A program made the translations under genes and the position numbers. A stretch of 64,000 nucleotides of DNA from Bacteroidota bacterium (GTDB lineage: Bacteria > Bacteroidota > Bacteroidia > SXHM01), in contig CANJWH010000008.1 of assembly GCA_947478465.1 (NCBI GenBank), positions 4,008 to 68,007 on the forward strand, in the 5' to 3' direction. Below are positions 45,776 to 54,851 of the stretch, piece by piece. The notes beneath the pieces are model-generated. The model was given only the letters and a program-made list of their open reading frames with translations, was not told where the DNA came from and searched no databases. How positions within the stretch are numbered: position 1 is the stretch's first letter; each line of letters opens with the position of its first letter.

Positions 45776-46204
45776 ATGGAAGCCCCAAAAGAACTGTTTC
45801 AAAACATTATTGAAGAATTTATACCGTTTCACAAGGTAATTGGTTTTAAACTTATTGATGTGCGGGAAAATTTCGTTTCGTTACTTATTCCCTACAAACC
45901 CGAACTAATTGGTGACCCGCGCAGACGCAGCATTCACGGTGGAGTTATAGCCACTGCAATGGATGCAGTTGGTGGTGCTGCCGGAATAACAACATTAAAA
46001 CATTATGACGATAAACTTTCAACCATTGATTTGCGTGTTGATTACCTATCACCCGGGTTAGCAAAAGACCTGATTTGCGAAGGCACAATTGTAAAAAGCG
46101 GCAACAAAGTAATCTTTACAAGAATGATTGCTTATCATGATAGTCCTGAGAATATTATTGCTGAAGGGCGGGGTGTTTACAGCGTTTCGCGCATGAAAGT
46201 CTAA
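45776..46204 (+). CDS. PaaI/YbdB-type hotdog-fold thioesterase
   Basis: 142 aa. IPFHKVIGFKL...SIHGGVIATAMDAVGGAA...TIDLRVDYL is typical of the PaaI thioesterase family. Confidence 0.75.
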   Translation: MEAPKELFQNIIEEFIPFHKVIGFKLIDVRENFVSLLIPYKPELIGDPRRRSIHGGVIATAMDAVGGAAGITTLKHYDDKLSTIDLRVDYLSPGLAKDLICEGTIVKSGNKVIFTRMIAYHDSPENIIAEGRGVYSVSRMKV

Positions 46205-47451
46205 CCGTTTGAACGGATGGCTTCTACTGGGTCAAGGCGCGAAGCTATCCAAGCCGGTATAATACCAGAAACCAAACCAATTCCTGCAGAAATACCTAAA
46301 CCTAGAAAAACATTTTTTAGCGATAAAGAAATGTCTAAATCTAAGATATTGCTTCCGGCAAGACTTAGAAAAAACACAATGAGTAAGCCTGCTGAACCAC
46401 CAATAATGCAGAGGAAAATTGCTTCAAATAAAAACTGCAACAGAATAAAATAATTCTTTGCACCCAGTGATTTTTGTATTCCTATAATATGTGTCCGTTC
46501 TTTTACCGAAACAAACATGATGTTTGCAATTCCAAAACCGCCCACAAGAATTGAAAATAAGCCAATCAACCAACCTGCTCCATTAATTACGGTAAACAAA
46601 CCTTCCATGCTATTACTCAACAAACTGGTTTCATTCAATGCAAAATTATCATCAGATAAAGGCTTCTGTTTGCGAACCGAGCGCATGATTCCGCGCAGTT
46701 CGTCTTTTAGTTCTTCATTACTTACTCCTTCTTTCCCTTTCACCTGAATCATGGGATTGAAGCGCTCTTTTCTTAGGTCAACCAATGTGCGTGCATAAAC
46801 AGCAGGAATTACCACTTGATTATCGGTTGAATTACCAAAAAGACTCTCTCCCTCTTTGTCAAACACCCCAATTACATCAATCTTTCTGCCCATTGTTTTT
46901 ATGGTTTTACCAATGGGATTTGCTTCTCCAAAAAGTCCTTCAGCCACCTTACTTCCAATAATGGCCACATTTCTTCCCCCGGCCGATTCAAAAGGTGTAA
47001 AATACCTGCCTTCCATCAATTCAAATGTTTTTATATTTTTCCAGTCGTGTGATACACAAACAATGCTCACATTTTGAAGATTGCTACTGCCATATTCCAC
47101 TGTTTTTTGCATGTATGCCATGAAAGCCAGCGCCTCCGCATTTTTACTCCGCTCCTGTACTTCATGCAACTCTTTCAGATTGGGAACAGGGCGCTGCCAG
47201 TATTTCCACCAGGGATAACCCTGCCCGAAAGTCCAGGGCCATTTTTGAATAAAAATTACATCATCCCCAAGCGATTCAACACTACCGCGAACTTGTTTTT
47301 CCATTGAGTCAACCATAGTGAAAACTGAAATGATAGCCAGAATACCGATGGTAATTCCAAGCAAAGAAAGCACGGTGCGAAGTTTGTTTACCACCAACGC
47401 GCCCACTGCCATTGCAATACTCTCATTAACTAACTTCAGGTAAAGCCTCAA
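46201..47451 (-). CDS. ABC transporter permease, MacB/FtsX-like
   Basis: 416 aa. N-terminal TM segment, a large periplasmic MacB-PCD-like domain, and a C-terminal FtsX 3-TM bundle (ERTHIIGIQKSLGAKNYFILLQFLFEA). No ATPase gene is adjacent. Confidence 0.8.
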   Translation of the reverse strand: MRLYLKLVNESIAMAVGALVVNKLRTVLSLLGITIGILAIISVFTMVDSMEKQVRGSVESLGDDVIFIQKWPWTFGQGYPWWKYWQRPVPNLKELHEVQERSKNAEALAFMAYMQKTVEYGSSNLQNVSIVCVSHDWKNIKTFELMEGRYFTPFESAGGRNVAIIGSKVAEGLFGEANPIGKTIKTMGRKIDVIGVFDKEGESLFGNSTDNQVVIPAVYARTLVDLRKERFNPMIQVKGKEGVSNEELKDELRGIMRSVRKQKPLSDDNFALNETSLLSNSMEGLFTVINGAGWLIGLFSILVGGFGIANIMFVSVKERTHIIGIQKSLGAKNYFILLQFLFEAIFLCIIGGSAGLLIVFFLSLAGSNILDLDISLSLKNVFLGLGISAGIGLVSGIIPAWIASRLDPVEAIRSNG

Positions 47452-47529
47452 AATCGGATGTGTTTAAAACTTGGAAATAATTTTTAAAAAAACGTTTACA
47501 AATGTAGGTTTTAAATGTAGAATTATATC

Positions 47530-47537
47530 TACTTTTG
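47530..47537 (+). promoter_or_regulatory. Putative -7 box TACTTTTG for purH and the mre operon
   Basis: TAnnTTTG match 53 nt upstream of the ATG at 47590. Confidence 0.3.
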
Positions 47538-47589
47538 ATACGCCTGAAAAACGGCATTTCCCCGGATTTTTCTTTTGATAATCTATTAA

Positions 47590-49113
47590 ATGAGCGACTT
47601 GAAAAAAATTAAGAATGCCTTGATTTCCGTTTACTACAAGGATAATCTTGAACCTATAATTTTAAAATTGCGTGAGCTTGGAGTGAATATTTACTCCACA
47701 GGTGGCACACAAAAATTTATTGAAGACCTTGGTGGCACAGTGATTCCTGTTGAGCAACTTACCTCCTACCCTTCTATTTTGGGTGGACGAGTAAAAACAT
47801 TGCATCCGAAAATTTTTGGTGGAATACTTGGAAGAAGAGAATTACAATCAGATATATTGCAGCTTGAGGAATATGACATTCCTGAGATTGATTTAGTGAT
47901 TGTTGACCTTTATCCATTTGAAGCAACAGTTGCTTCAGGAGCTCCAGAACAGGACATTATTGAAAAAATTGACATTGGAGGCATTTCACTTATTCGCGCT
48001 GCTGCAAAGAATTTTAAAGATGTCTTGATTGTTTCATCACGCGATGAATATCCTGAGTTGATTGAATTACTGAATGAAAAAAATGGCTCAACAACTTTGG
48101 AAGAACGCAAACAACATGCACTGAACGCATTTCATATTTCATCGAATTACGACAGCGCTATTTTTAATTATTTCAACCAGGGAAAGAAAAATATTTTTAA
48201 GCAAAGTATTGCACAGGCGCAAGTATTGCGATATGGTGAAAATCCACATCAGCAAGGCGTTTTTTATGGAAAGATGGAAGAGTTGTTTGATAAACTGCAT
48301 GGTAAAGAATTATCGTACAATAACCTATTGGATGTTGATGCGGCAGTTGCATTGATTGCAGAATTTACAGAACCAACTTTCGCAATTTTAAAACACAACA
48401 ACGCTTGCGGGATTGCGAGCAGAACTAATTTAACAGATGCATGGAAAGCTGCACTGGCTGCAGACCCGGTTTCAGCATTTGGCGGCATTCTCATCACCAA
48501 TCGTGAATTGGATGAAGCAACAGCAACTGAAATTAACAACCTGTTTTTTGAAGTGATAATTGCACCGGCATATTCTACTTCTGCAGTTGAAATTCTGAAA
48601 CAAAAAAAGAACAGAATTATCTTAGTTCAAAAGCCTGTTGAGTTTTCTAAAAAACAATTCCGCACTTTGCTGAATGGAGTTATTGAACAGGACAAAGACC
48701 TGAAAACAGAAACCATTGCCGACATGAAAACGGCAACTCTGAAAGCTCCAACTGCAAAGGAATTGACCGACATGGAGTTTGCCAATAAGATTGTAAAACA
48801 TACAAAAAGCAACACCATTGTTCTTGCAAAAAACAAACAACTTTTAGCAAGCGGTGTTGGACAAACTTCGCGTGTTGATGCATTGAGGCAAGCTATTGCA
48901 AAAGCAACATCCTTTGGGTTTGATCTCAATGGTTCCGTGATGGGCTCTGATGCGTTTTTCCCTTTCCCTGACTGCGTGGAAATTGCACATAATGCAGGAG
49001 TTACAGCAGTGCTGCAACCCGGAGGCTCCGTAAAAGATCAGGAATCAATTGATTATTGCAACAACAACGGAATGGCAATGGTAATGACAGGAACAAGACA
49101 TTTTAAACACTAA
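47590..49113 (+). CDS. purH: Bifunctional AICAR transformylase / IMP cyclohydrolase
   Basis: 507 aa. ALISVYYKDNL...STGGT...GGRVKTLHPKIFGGIL...PGGSVKDQESI...MVMTGTRHFKH are canonical PurH motifs. Confidence 0.95.
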   Translation: MSDLKKIKNALISVYYKDNLEPIILKLRELGVNIYSTGGTQKFIEDLGGTVIPVEQLTSYPSILGGRVKTLHPKIFGGILGRRELQSDILQLEEYDIPEIDLVIVDLYPFEATVASGAPEQDIIEKIDIGGISLIRAAAKNFKDVLIVSSRDEYPELIELLNEKNGSTTLEERKQHALNAFHISSNYDSAIFNYFNQGKKNIFKQSIAQAQVLRYGENPHQQGVFYGKMEELFDKLHGKELSYNNLLDVDAAVALIAEFTEPTFAILKHNNACGIASRTNLTDAWKAALAADPVSAFGGILITNRELDEATATEINNLFFEVIIAPAYSTSAVEILKQKKNRIILVQKPVEFSKKQFRTLLNGVIEQDKDLKTETIADMKTATLKAPTAKELTDMEFANKIVKHTKSNTIVLAKNKQLLASGVGQTSRVDALRQAIAKATSFGFDLNGSVMGSDAFFPFPDCVEIAHNAGVTAVLQPGGSVKDQESIDYCNNNGMAMVMTGTRHFKH

Positions 49114-49133
49114 AATATTTCAACTAAAAATTC

Positions 49134-50159
49134 ATGGGACTTTTTAATTTTTTAACACAGGAAATTGCGATTGACCTTGGAACAGCTAACACGCTTATTA
49201 TCCACAACGATAAAGTAGTGGTGGATGAGCCTTCTATTGTTGCAATAGACAGACGTACTGAAAAGGTGATGGCTGTTGGTAAAAAAGCAATGCAGATGCA
49301 TGGCAAAACACACGAAAACATTAAAACCATTCGTCCATTGCGTGATGGTGTTATCGCAGATTTCCAGGCTGCAGAACACATGATTCGCGAAATGATAAAA
49401 ATGGTGAATCAGGGAAAAAGTTCACTGTTTCAACCTTCGTTGAAAATGGTTATTTGCATTCCGTCAGGTATTACCGAGGTTGAGAAACGTGCGGTACGTG
49501 ACTCGGCTGAACATGCAGGTGGAAAAGAAGTTTACCTTATTCAGGAGCCTATGGCTGCCGCAATCGGTATTGGAATTGATGTAGAAGAACCGATGGGAAA
49601 TATGATTATTGACATTGGTGGCGGAACAAGTGAGATTGCGGTTATTGCGTTGGGCGGTATTGTTTGCGACCGTTCAATCCGCACGGCAGGTGATGATTTA
49701 ACTGCCGATATTGAAGATTACATTCGCAGACAACATAACGTTCTGGTGGGAGAGCGCACTGCAGAAAAAATTAAAATTGAAGTTGGTTCTGCATTAACTG
49801 AGCTTGAAAATCCTCCACCTGATTTAGCCGTTCACGGAAGAGATTTAATGACCGGAAAACCAAAAGAAGTAAAAGTTACTTATCAGGAAATTGCACAGGC
49901 TCTGGATAAATCCATCATCAAAATTGAAACAGCGGTAATGAATGCATTGGAGATGACCCCTCCCGAATTATCTGCTGATATTTACAGAACAGGACTTTAC
50001 CTTGCGGGCGGTGGTGCATTGTTACGCGGACTTGATTTACGTATTTCACGTAAAACAGGTTTGCCTGTTCACATTGCCGAAGACCCTTTGCGCGCAGTTG
50101 CCCGCGGAACAGGTATTGCCCTGAAAAATATTGAGAAGTTCCCATTCCTCATGAGATAA
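49134..50159 (+). CDS. mreB: Rod shape-determining protein MreB
   Basis: 341 aa. IAIDLGTANTLI...RPLRDGVIADF...IDIGGGTSEIAVI...LAGGGALLRGLD are actin-fold MreB motifs. Confidence 0.95.
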   Translation: MGLFNFLTQEIAIDLGTANTLIIHNDKVVVDEPSIVAIDRRTEKVMAVGKKAMQMHGKTHENIKTIRPLRDGVIADFQAAEHMIREMIKMVNQGKSSLFQPSLKMVICIPSGITEVEKRAVRDSAEHAGGKEVYLIQEPMAAAIGIGIDVEEPMGNMIIDIGGGTSEIAVIALGGIVCDRSIRTAGDDLTADIEDYIRRQHNVLVGERTAEKIKIEVGSALTELENPPPDLAVHGRDLMTGKPKEVKVTYQEIAQALDKSIIKIETAVMNALEMTPPELSADIYRTGLYLAGGGALLRGLDLRISRKTGLPVHIAEDPLRAVARGTGIALKNIEKFPFLMR

Positions 50160-50191
50160 GTTGCTAATCCGCTTCAGGCGGATGCGAAAAA

Positions 50192-51022
50192 ATGAAAAAC
50201 ATATTTGTATTCATCTGGCGAAATCATTTTGTTTTTCTGTTTTTGCTTTTACAAAGTTTTGCGGTTTATCTGCTGATACAAAACAACAATTATCAGCGCG
50301 CTGGTTTTATCAATTCAGCAAATACACTTAGCGGTAACTTTCTGAATATTTACAGCAACATTACTGAATACTTTTCTCTGAAAAAGGCAAATGAAATTCT
50401 TGCTGCTGAAAATGCAGAACTGAAAAAGCATCATCCTAATTCTTATTTCAGATACGATGTGCAGGTGTTCAATATCAACGATACTGTTTATCGTCAACAG
50501 TATAACTACCGCGCTGCACGTGTGGTTAACAAATCAGTAAACAAACGCAATAATTATCTTACACTTAACCGTGGAAGTCTGCACGGTGTTGAACCCGATA
50601 TGGCTGTAATTACTCCCGTTGGTGTAGTTGGTATAGTGAAAAATGTTTCAGAAAATTTTTGCACCGTTATTTCTATGCTGCACGTGAATTCAAAAATAAG
50701 TGCGCAGATAAAAAACAACAATTATTTTGGTTCGGTGGTATGGAATGGCAACAACGCTTCATTAGTTGATTTGGTTGATATTCCTTCGCACGTGAAACTG
50801 CACAAGGGTGATACAGTGCTCACTACTTCTTTCTCTACTATTTTTCCGGAAGGTATTATTGTAGGAACCATTGAAGAATTTGAACTGAAAGCGGGAGATA
50901 ATTTCTATACCATAAAAGTAAAACCCGGAACAGATTTTCGAAGCGTTACAAATGTTTATATAGTGGGTAACCTGCTGAAAAATGAACAACAGCAATTAGA
51001 AGAAGATTCAAGCGATGATTGA
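50192..51022 (+). CDS. mreC: Rod shape-determining protein MreC
   Basis: 276 aa. N-terminal TM segment, coiled coil (ENAELKK), then a beta-barrel region with GVVGIVKNVSENF..V and FPEGIIVGTI. Position is after mreB. Confidence 0.85.
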   Translation: MKNIFVFIWRNHFVFLFLLLQSFAVYLLIQNNNYQRAGFINSANTLSGNFLNIYSNITEYFSLKKANEILAAENAELKKHHPNSYFRYDVQVFNINDTVYRQQYNYRAARVVNKSVNKRNNYLTLNRGSLHGVEPDMAVITPVGVVGIVKNVSENFCTVISMLHVNSKISAQIKNNNYFGSVVWNGNNASLVDLVDIPSHVKLHKGDTVLTTSFSTIFPEGIIVGTIEEFELKAGDNFYTIKVKPGTDFRSVTNVYIVGNLLKNEQQQLEEDSSDD

Positions 51023-51530
51023 ACTGTTAGCAAGAAATGTGTTGCGTTTTATTTTTCTCGTCATCTTTCAGGTGTTGATTCTTAACAACGTTCAGTTGGG
51101 TGGTTTTATCAATCCTTACCTTTATGTATTATTTATATTAATGCTGCCCATTGATATTGCGGGATGGCTGCTATTGCTGCTTGCATTTTTTATGGGCCTG
51201 AGTATTGATTTATTTGAAAATACAGCAGGAATGCATACGTCAGCAAGTTTGTTTATGGCGTTTTGCCGTCCTTATTTACTGCGCATGATTTCGCCACGCG
51301 AAGGCTTTGACCGCGGCAGCATAGCTACCATTCAGAAATTCGGGATTGGCTGGATGCTCACCTATGCAGGTATATTAATTCTACTGCATCACCTTGCACT
51401 TTTTTATTTAGAAATATTCCGTTTCTCTTCGTTTTTTTCAACGCTGTTGCGCGTGATTTTAAGTTCGGTGTTTACGCTTGCGTTGGTAATTATATCACAG
51501 TATCTTTTCAGCACGGTTAAAAAGAACTAA
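51015..51530 (+). CDS. mreD: Rod shape-determining protein MreD
   Basis: 171 aa, about 5 TM segments. Overlaps the mreC end by 8 nt and the mrdA start by 1 nt. Called on synteny and hydrophobicity. Confidence 0.75.
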   Translation: MIELLARNVLRFIFLVIFQVLILNNVQLGGFINPYLYVLFILMLPIDIAGWLLLLLAFFMGLSIDLFENTAGMHTSASLFMAFCRPYLLRMISPREGFDRGSIATIQKFGIGWMLTYAGILILLHHLALFYLEIFRFSSFFSTLLRVILSSVFTLALVIISQYLFSTVKKN

Positions 51531-53374
51531 TGGATTTACGCTATTCCGACCGTAAGCTGATAATCGGTGGCGTGATTGTTATCACGGGAATTATTTTTCT
51601 TATCCGTCTGTTTTTTTTGCAGGTGCTTGACGACAGCTACAAACTTTCGGCAGAGAATAACGTGTTGCGCCATATGACTGAATATCCTGCGCGGGGCTTG
51701 GTTTACGACCGCAACGGCAAACTGCTTGTTTACAATGAGGCTTATTACGATTTGATGGTAATTCCAAAACAAGTTGAAGATTTAGACACACTGGATTTCT
51801 GCAACACACTTGGTATAACAGTAGAGGATTTTAATCAGCGAATGCAGAAAATCAAAGACTACTCCAGACATAAACCTTCTATTTTTGAAAAACAATTGTC
51901 GTCTGAATTTTATGCAATGCTGCAGGAGAAGTTGCATCACTACAAAGGTTTTTTTACGCAAACCCGCACGTTGCGCAAATATCCGAGCAGGGTGGCTGCA
52001 CACTTGCTTGGTTATGTTGGCGAGGTTGACGACCGTATGACTAAAAATAACGTCTACTACAAATCGGGTGACTACATTGGTGTGAGTGGAATTGAGAAGC
52101 ATTATGAAGAATACCTGCGCGGACAAAAAGGCGATAAGGTGATGATGGTGGATGTTTACAATCGTCCGAAAGGAAGTTTTAAAGACGGTGAGTATGACAA
52201 GCTGCCTGTTTCAGGGCTTGACCTTATTTCCACCATTGACGGGGATTTGCAGGCGTATGCCGAAAAGCTGATGCAGAATAAAATAGGCAGTGTGGTAGCA
52301 ATAGAACCAAGCACGGGAGAAATTTTAGTGCTTGCCACTAGTCCAACATACGACCCTAATTTATTGGTGGGTCGTGTGCGTTCAGAAAATTATTCGTTGA
52401 TGTCTAAAGACGAATTTAAGCCTTTGTTTAACCGCGCACTGATGGCACAGTATCCACCGGGATCAACATTTAAGTTGGTAAATAATCTTATAGGGCAACA
52501 GGAGAAAGTGGTGTTCCCGCAAACTACTTACTCTTGCCGCATGGGTTATTCGGCAGGGCCAATTCATGTGGGTTGTCACCAACATCCTTCACCGCTTAAC
52601 CTGATGCAATCGGTGCAGCACTCGTGCAATGCTTATTACTGCAATGTTTACCGCAATATCCTTGACAGCAAGAAAACAGTGCGCGAAGGTTATGATGTCT
52701 GGCGCAAACACGTTTTAAGTTTTGGTTTTGGCAAAAAGTTCAACACCGATTTACCGAGCGAGTTGAAAGGATTAATTCCAACGGGTGATTATTACGATAA
52801 GATTTATGGCAAGAGCCGCTGGAAATCATTGACCGTTGTTTCGCTAAGTATAGGACAGGGAGAGTTGGGTACTACACCTTTGCAATTGGCTAACTTAGTG
52901 GCTACGCTTGCCAACCGCGGGTTTTATTATCCTCCGCATCTGGTGAAACAAATTGGCAGTAAAAAAATTGAGAATGAATTTACCACCCGCAACTATACTA
53001 CTATTGACAGCCAATATTTTCAGATTGTGATTGACGGAATGGAACAGGTTGTTGAAGCCGGAACGGCAGCACGCTCGAAACTGAAAGGTATTCCGTATTG
53101 CGGAAAAACAGGAACGGCACAAAACCCGCATGGTGAGGATCACTCGGTGTTTGTGTGTTTCGCGCCTAAAGACAATCCGAAAATTGCATTGGCTGTATTT
53201 GTTGAAAATTCAGGGAAGGGCGGAACCTATGCTGCACCTATTGCCAGTTTGCTGATTGAAAAATATCTGACGGATAGTTTAAGACGACCTTTGGTGGAAG
53301 AATTTATTTTGAATGCCAACCTGATGCCGAAGCCGGTTGAGAAACCAGTGAAAAAAGAACCCGTAACCGATTAA
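51530..53374 (+). CDS. mrdA: Penicillin-binding protein 2 (elongasome transpeptidase)
   Basis: 614 aa. SxxK as GSTFK, SxN as HSCN, KTG as GKTGTA. N-terminal TM anchor. Confidence 0.9.
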   Translation: MDLRYSDRKLIIGGVIVITGIIFLIRLFFLQVLDDSYKLSAENNVLRHMTEYPARGLVYDRNGKLLVYNEAYYDLMVIPKQVEDLDTLDFCNTLGITVEDFNQRMQKIKDYSRHKPSIFEKQLSSEFYAMLQEKLHHYKGFFTQTRTLRKYPSRVAAHLLGYVGEVDDRMTKNNVYYKSGDYIGVSGIEKHYEEYLRGQKGDKVMMVDVYNRPKGSFKDGEYDKLPVSGLDLISTIDGDLQAYAEKLMQNKIGSVVAIEPSTGEILVLATSPTYDPNLLVGRVRSENYSLMSKDEFKPLFNRALMAQYPPGSTFKLVNNLIGQQEKVVFPQTTYSCRMGYSAGPIHVGCHQHPSPLNLMQSVQHSCNAYYCNVYRNILDSKKTVREGYDVWRKHVLSFGFGKKFNTDLPSELKGLIPTGDYYDKIYGKSRWKSLTVVSLSIGQGELGTTPLQLANLVATLANRGFYYPPHLVKQIGSKKIENEFTTRNYTTIDSQYFQIVIDGMEQVVEAGTAARSKLKGIPYCGKTGTAQNPHGEDHSVFVCFAPKDNPKIALAVFVENSGKGGTYAAPIASLLIEKYLTDSLRRPLVEEFILNANLMPKPVEKPVKKEPVTD

Positions 53375-53418
53375 ATGATTAGCTCAATAGAAACAATTAA
53401 CAGTATAAAGGCAGTCAG

Positions 53419-53484
53419 TCATTGCGAGGGTTTTTCACCCGAAGCAATCTTATTGAGAGATTGCTTCGCTGAAGCTCGCAATGA
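53419..53484. repeat. REP-like nested inverted repeat (double-stem hairpin) in the mrdA-rodA spacer
   Basis: TCATTGCGAG (53419-28) pairs with CTCGCAATGA (53475-84). GAAGCAATCT (53441-50) pairs with AGATTGCTTC (53458-67). It resembles the CATTGCGAG...GAAGCAATC intergenic repeat class I recall from Bacteroidota genomes, which often yields spurious small ORFs. Confidence 0.6.
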
Positions 53485-53496
53485 CGACAAAACAGA

Positions 53497-54762
53497 ATGA
53501 GACAACAGAAATCCATATTTGATAACATAGACTGGGTGATGGTTTCCATCTTTCTGGTAATGATTTTCCTGGGCTGGATAAGTATTTATGCTGCCGTGTA
53601 TAACGAGGAGCACAAAAGCATTCTGGATACTTCGGAAAATTATGGTAAACAGTTGATCTGGATAGCAAGTTCCATATTTATAGCAGCCGTTATTCTGCTT
53701 ATTGACGGAAAGTTTTATACCATTTCTGCATATCCTGTTTACGGGCTGGTGATGCTGCTGCTTATTCTGGTATTGGTTTTCGGGCGCGAGGTTGCGGGAA
53801 GTAAATCGTGGTTTGAAATAGGCAGTAATTTTCGCATTCAGCCGGCCGAGTTCGGGAAGTTTGCCACTGCGCTGGTGGTTGCCAAATACCTGAGCACAAT
53901 GAACATTAAGTTTGAGGACAACAGAACCAAACTGATTACAGCTGCTTTTATTGCCACCCCTGCCCTGCTTATTCTGTTGCAGAACGATACAGGCTCGGCT
54001 TTGGTTTACGGGGCTTTTTTGTTTGTGCTGTATCGCGAAGGTTTATCGGGAAATTTTTTGATGGCGGGTGTAGCGGTGGTAACGGTGTTTATTGTTACGC
54101 TGCTGTTTGACCCAAAGACCATGATGTGGATTGTAGGGGTTATTGCCTTCCTGATTTTTATTGCGGGCAAACGCAACTGGAAGAATGCAATGCTGATTGG
54201 CGGCACTGCGGTGGTATTTTCGGGCATATCCTATAGTGTAGGTTATGTGGTTGACAATGTATTGGAGATACATCAGAAAACACGTATTAATGTAATGCTG
54301 GGCAAGGAAGACGACCCGAAAGGCGTTGGTTATAACGTGAACCAAAGTAAAATTGCCATTGGCTCGGGAGGTTTTAGCGGCAAAGGTTTTTTAAACGGCA
54401 CGCAAACCAAATACAAGTTTGTGCCGGAGCAAAGCACCGATTTTATTTTTTGCACGGTGGGCGAAGAGTGGGGCTTTATGGGCAGCTTTGTGGTGATTGT
54501 GTTGTTCCTGTTTTTATTAGTGCGTATTATTTATGTAGCCGAGCGGCAGAAATCAACCTTTACACGCATCTATGGCTACGGGGTGGCTTCTATTCTGTTT
54601 TTCCACTTTGCGGTAAATATTGCCATGACCATAGGGCTTGCTCCCGTTATCGGTATTCCGTTGCCCTTTTTCAGCTACGGGGGTTCATCGCTGTGGGCTT
54701 TTACCATTCTGCTGTTTGTGTTTATTAAGCTGGATGCTTACAGGATGCAGTTGTTGAGGTAA
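53497..54762 (+). CDS. rodA: Rod shape-determining protein RodA (SEDS glycosyltransferase)
   Basis: 421 aa, about 10 TM segments. FRIQPAEFGKF, VPEQSTDFIF and IGIPLPFFSYGGSS are FtsW/RodA/SpoVE motifs. Confidence 0.9.
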   Translation: MRQQKSIFDNIDWVMVSIFLVMIFLGWISIYAAVYNEEHKSILDTSENYGKQLIWIASSIFIAAVILLIDGKFYTISAYPVYGLVMLLLILVLVFGREVAGSKSWFEIGSNFRIQPAEFGKFATALVVAKYLSTMNIKFEDNRTKLITAAFIATPALLILLQNDTGSALVYGAFLFVLYREGLSGNFLMAGVAVVTVFIVTLLFDPKTMMWIVGVIAFLIFIAGKRNWKNAMLIGGTAVVFSGISYSVGYVVDNVLEIHQKTRINVMLGKEDDPKGVGYNVNQSKIAIGSGGFSGKGFLNGTQTKYKFVPEQSTDFIFCTVGEEWGFMGSFVVIVLFLFLLVRIIYVAERQKSTFTRIYGYGVASILFFHFAVNIAMTIGLAPVIGIPLPFFSYGGSSLWAFTILLFVFIKLDAYRMQLLR

Positions 54763-54851
54763 GGAAGCTACTCAATCCTATCCGAAATGCCGGATTGGAT
54801 TAAGTTATTCTCTTCATTGCTATCTGCAATTACCAACCACTCAAAATCAGA

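Noticed and set aside
45731-45832. Upstream extension of the basic lipoprotein ORF to 45832
   Set aside because: It would overlap the start and promoter of the divergent thioesterase gene. The ATG at 45730 starts directly with the lipoprotein signal.
53419-53668. 64-aa and 72-aa minus-strand ORFs at the mrdA-rodA junction
   Set aside because: They span the REP-like hairpin and the 5' end of rodA in antisense. This is the typical spurious translation of that repeat class (…SLRASAKQSLNKIASGEKPSQ).
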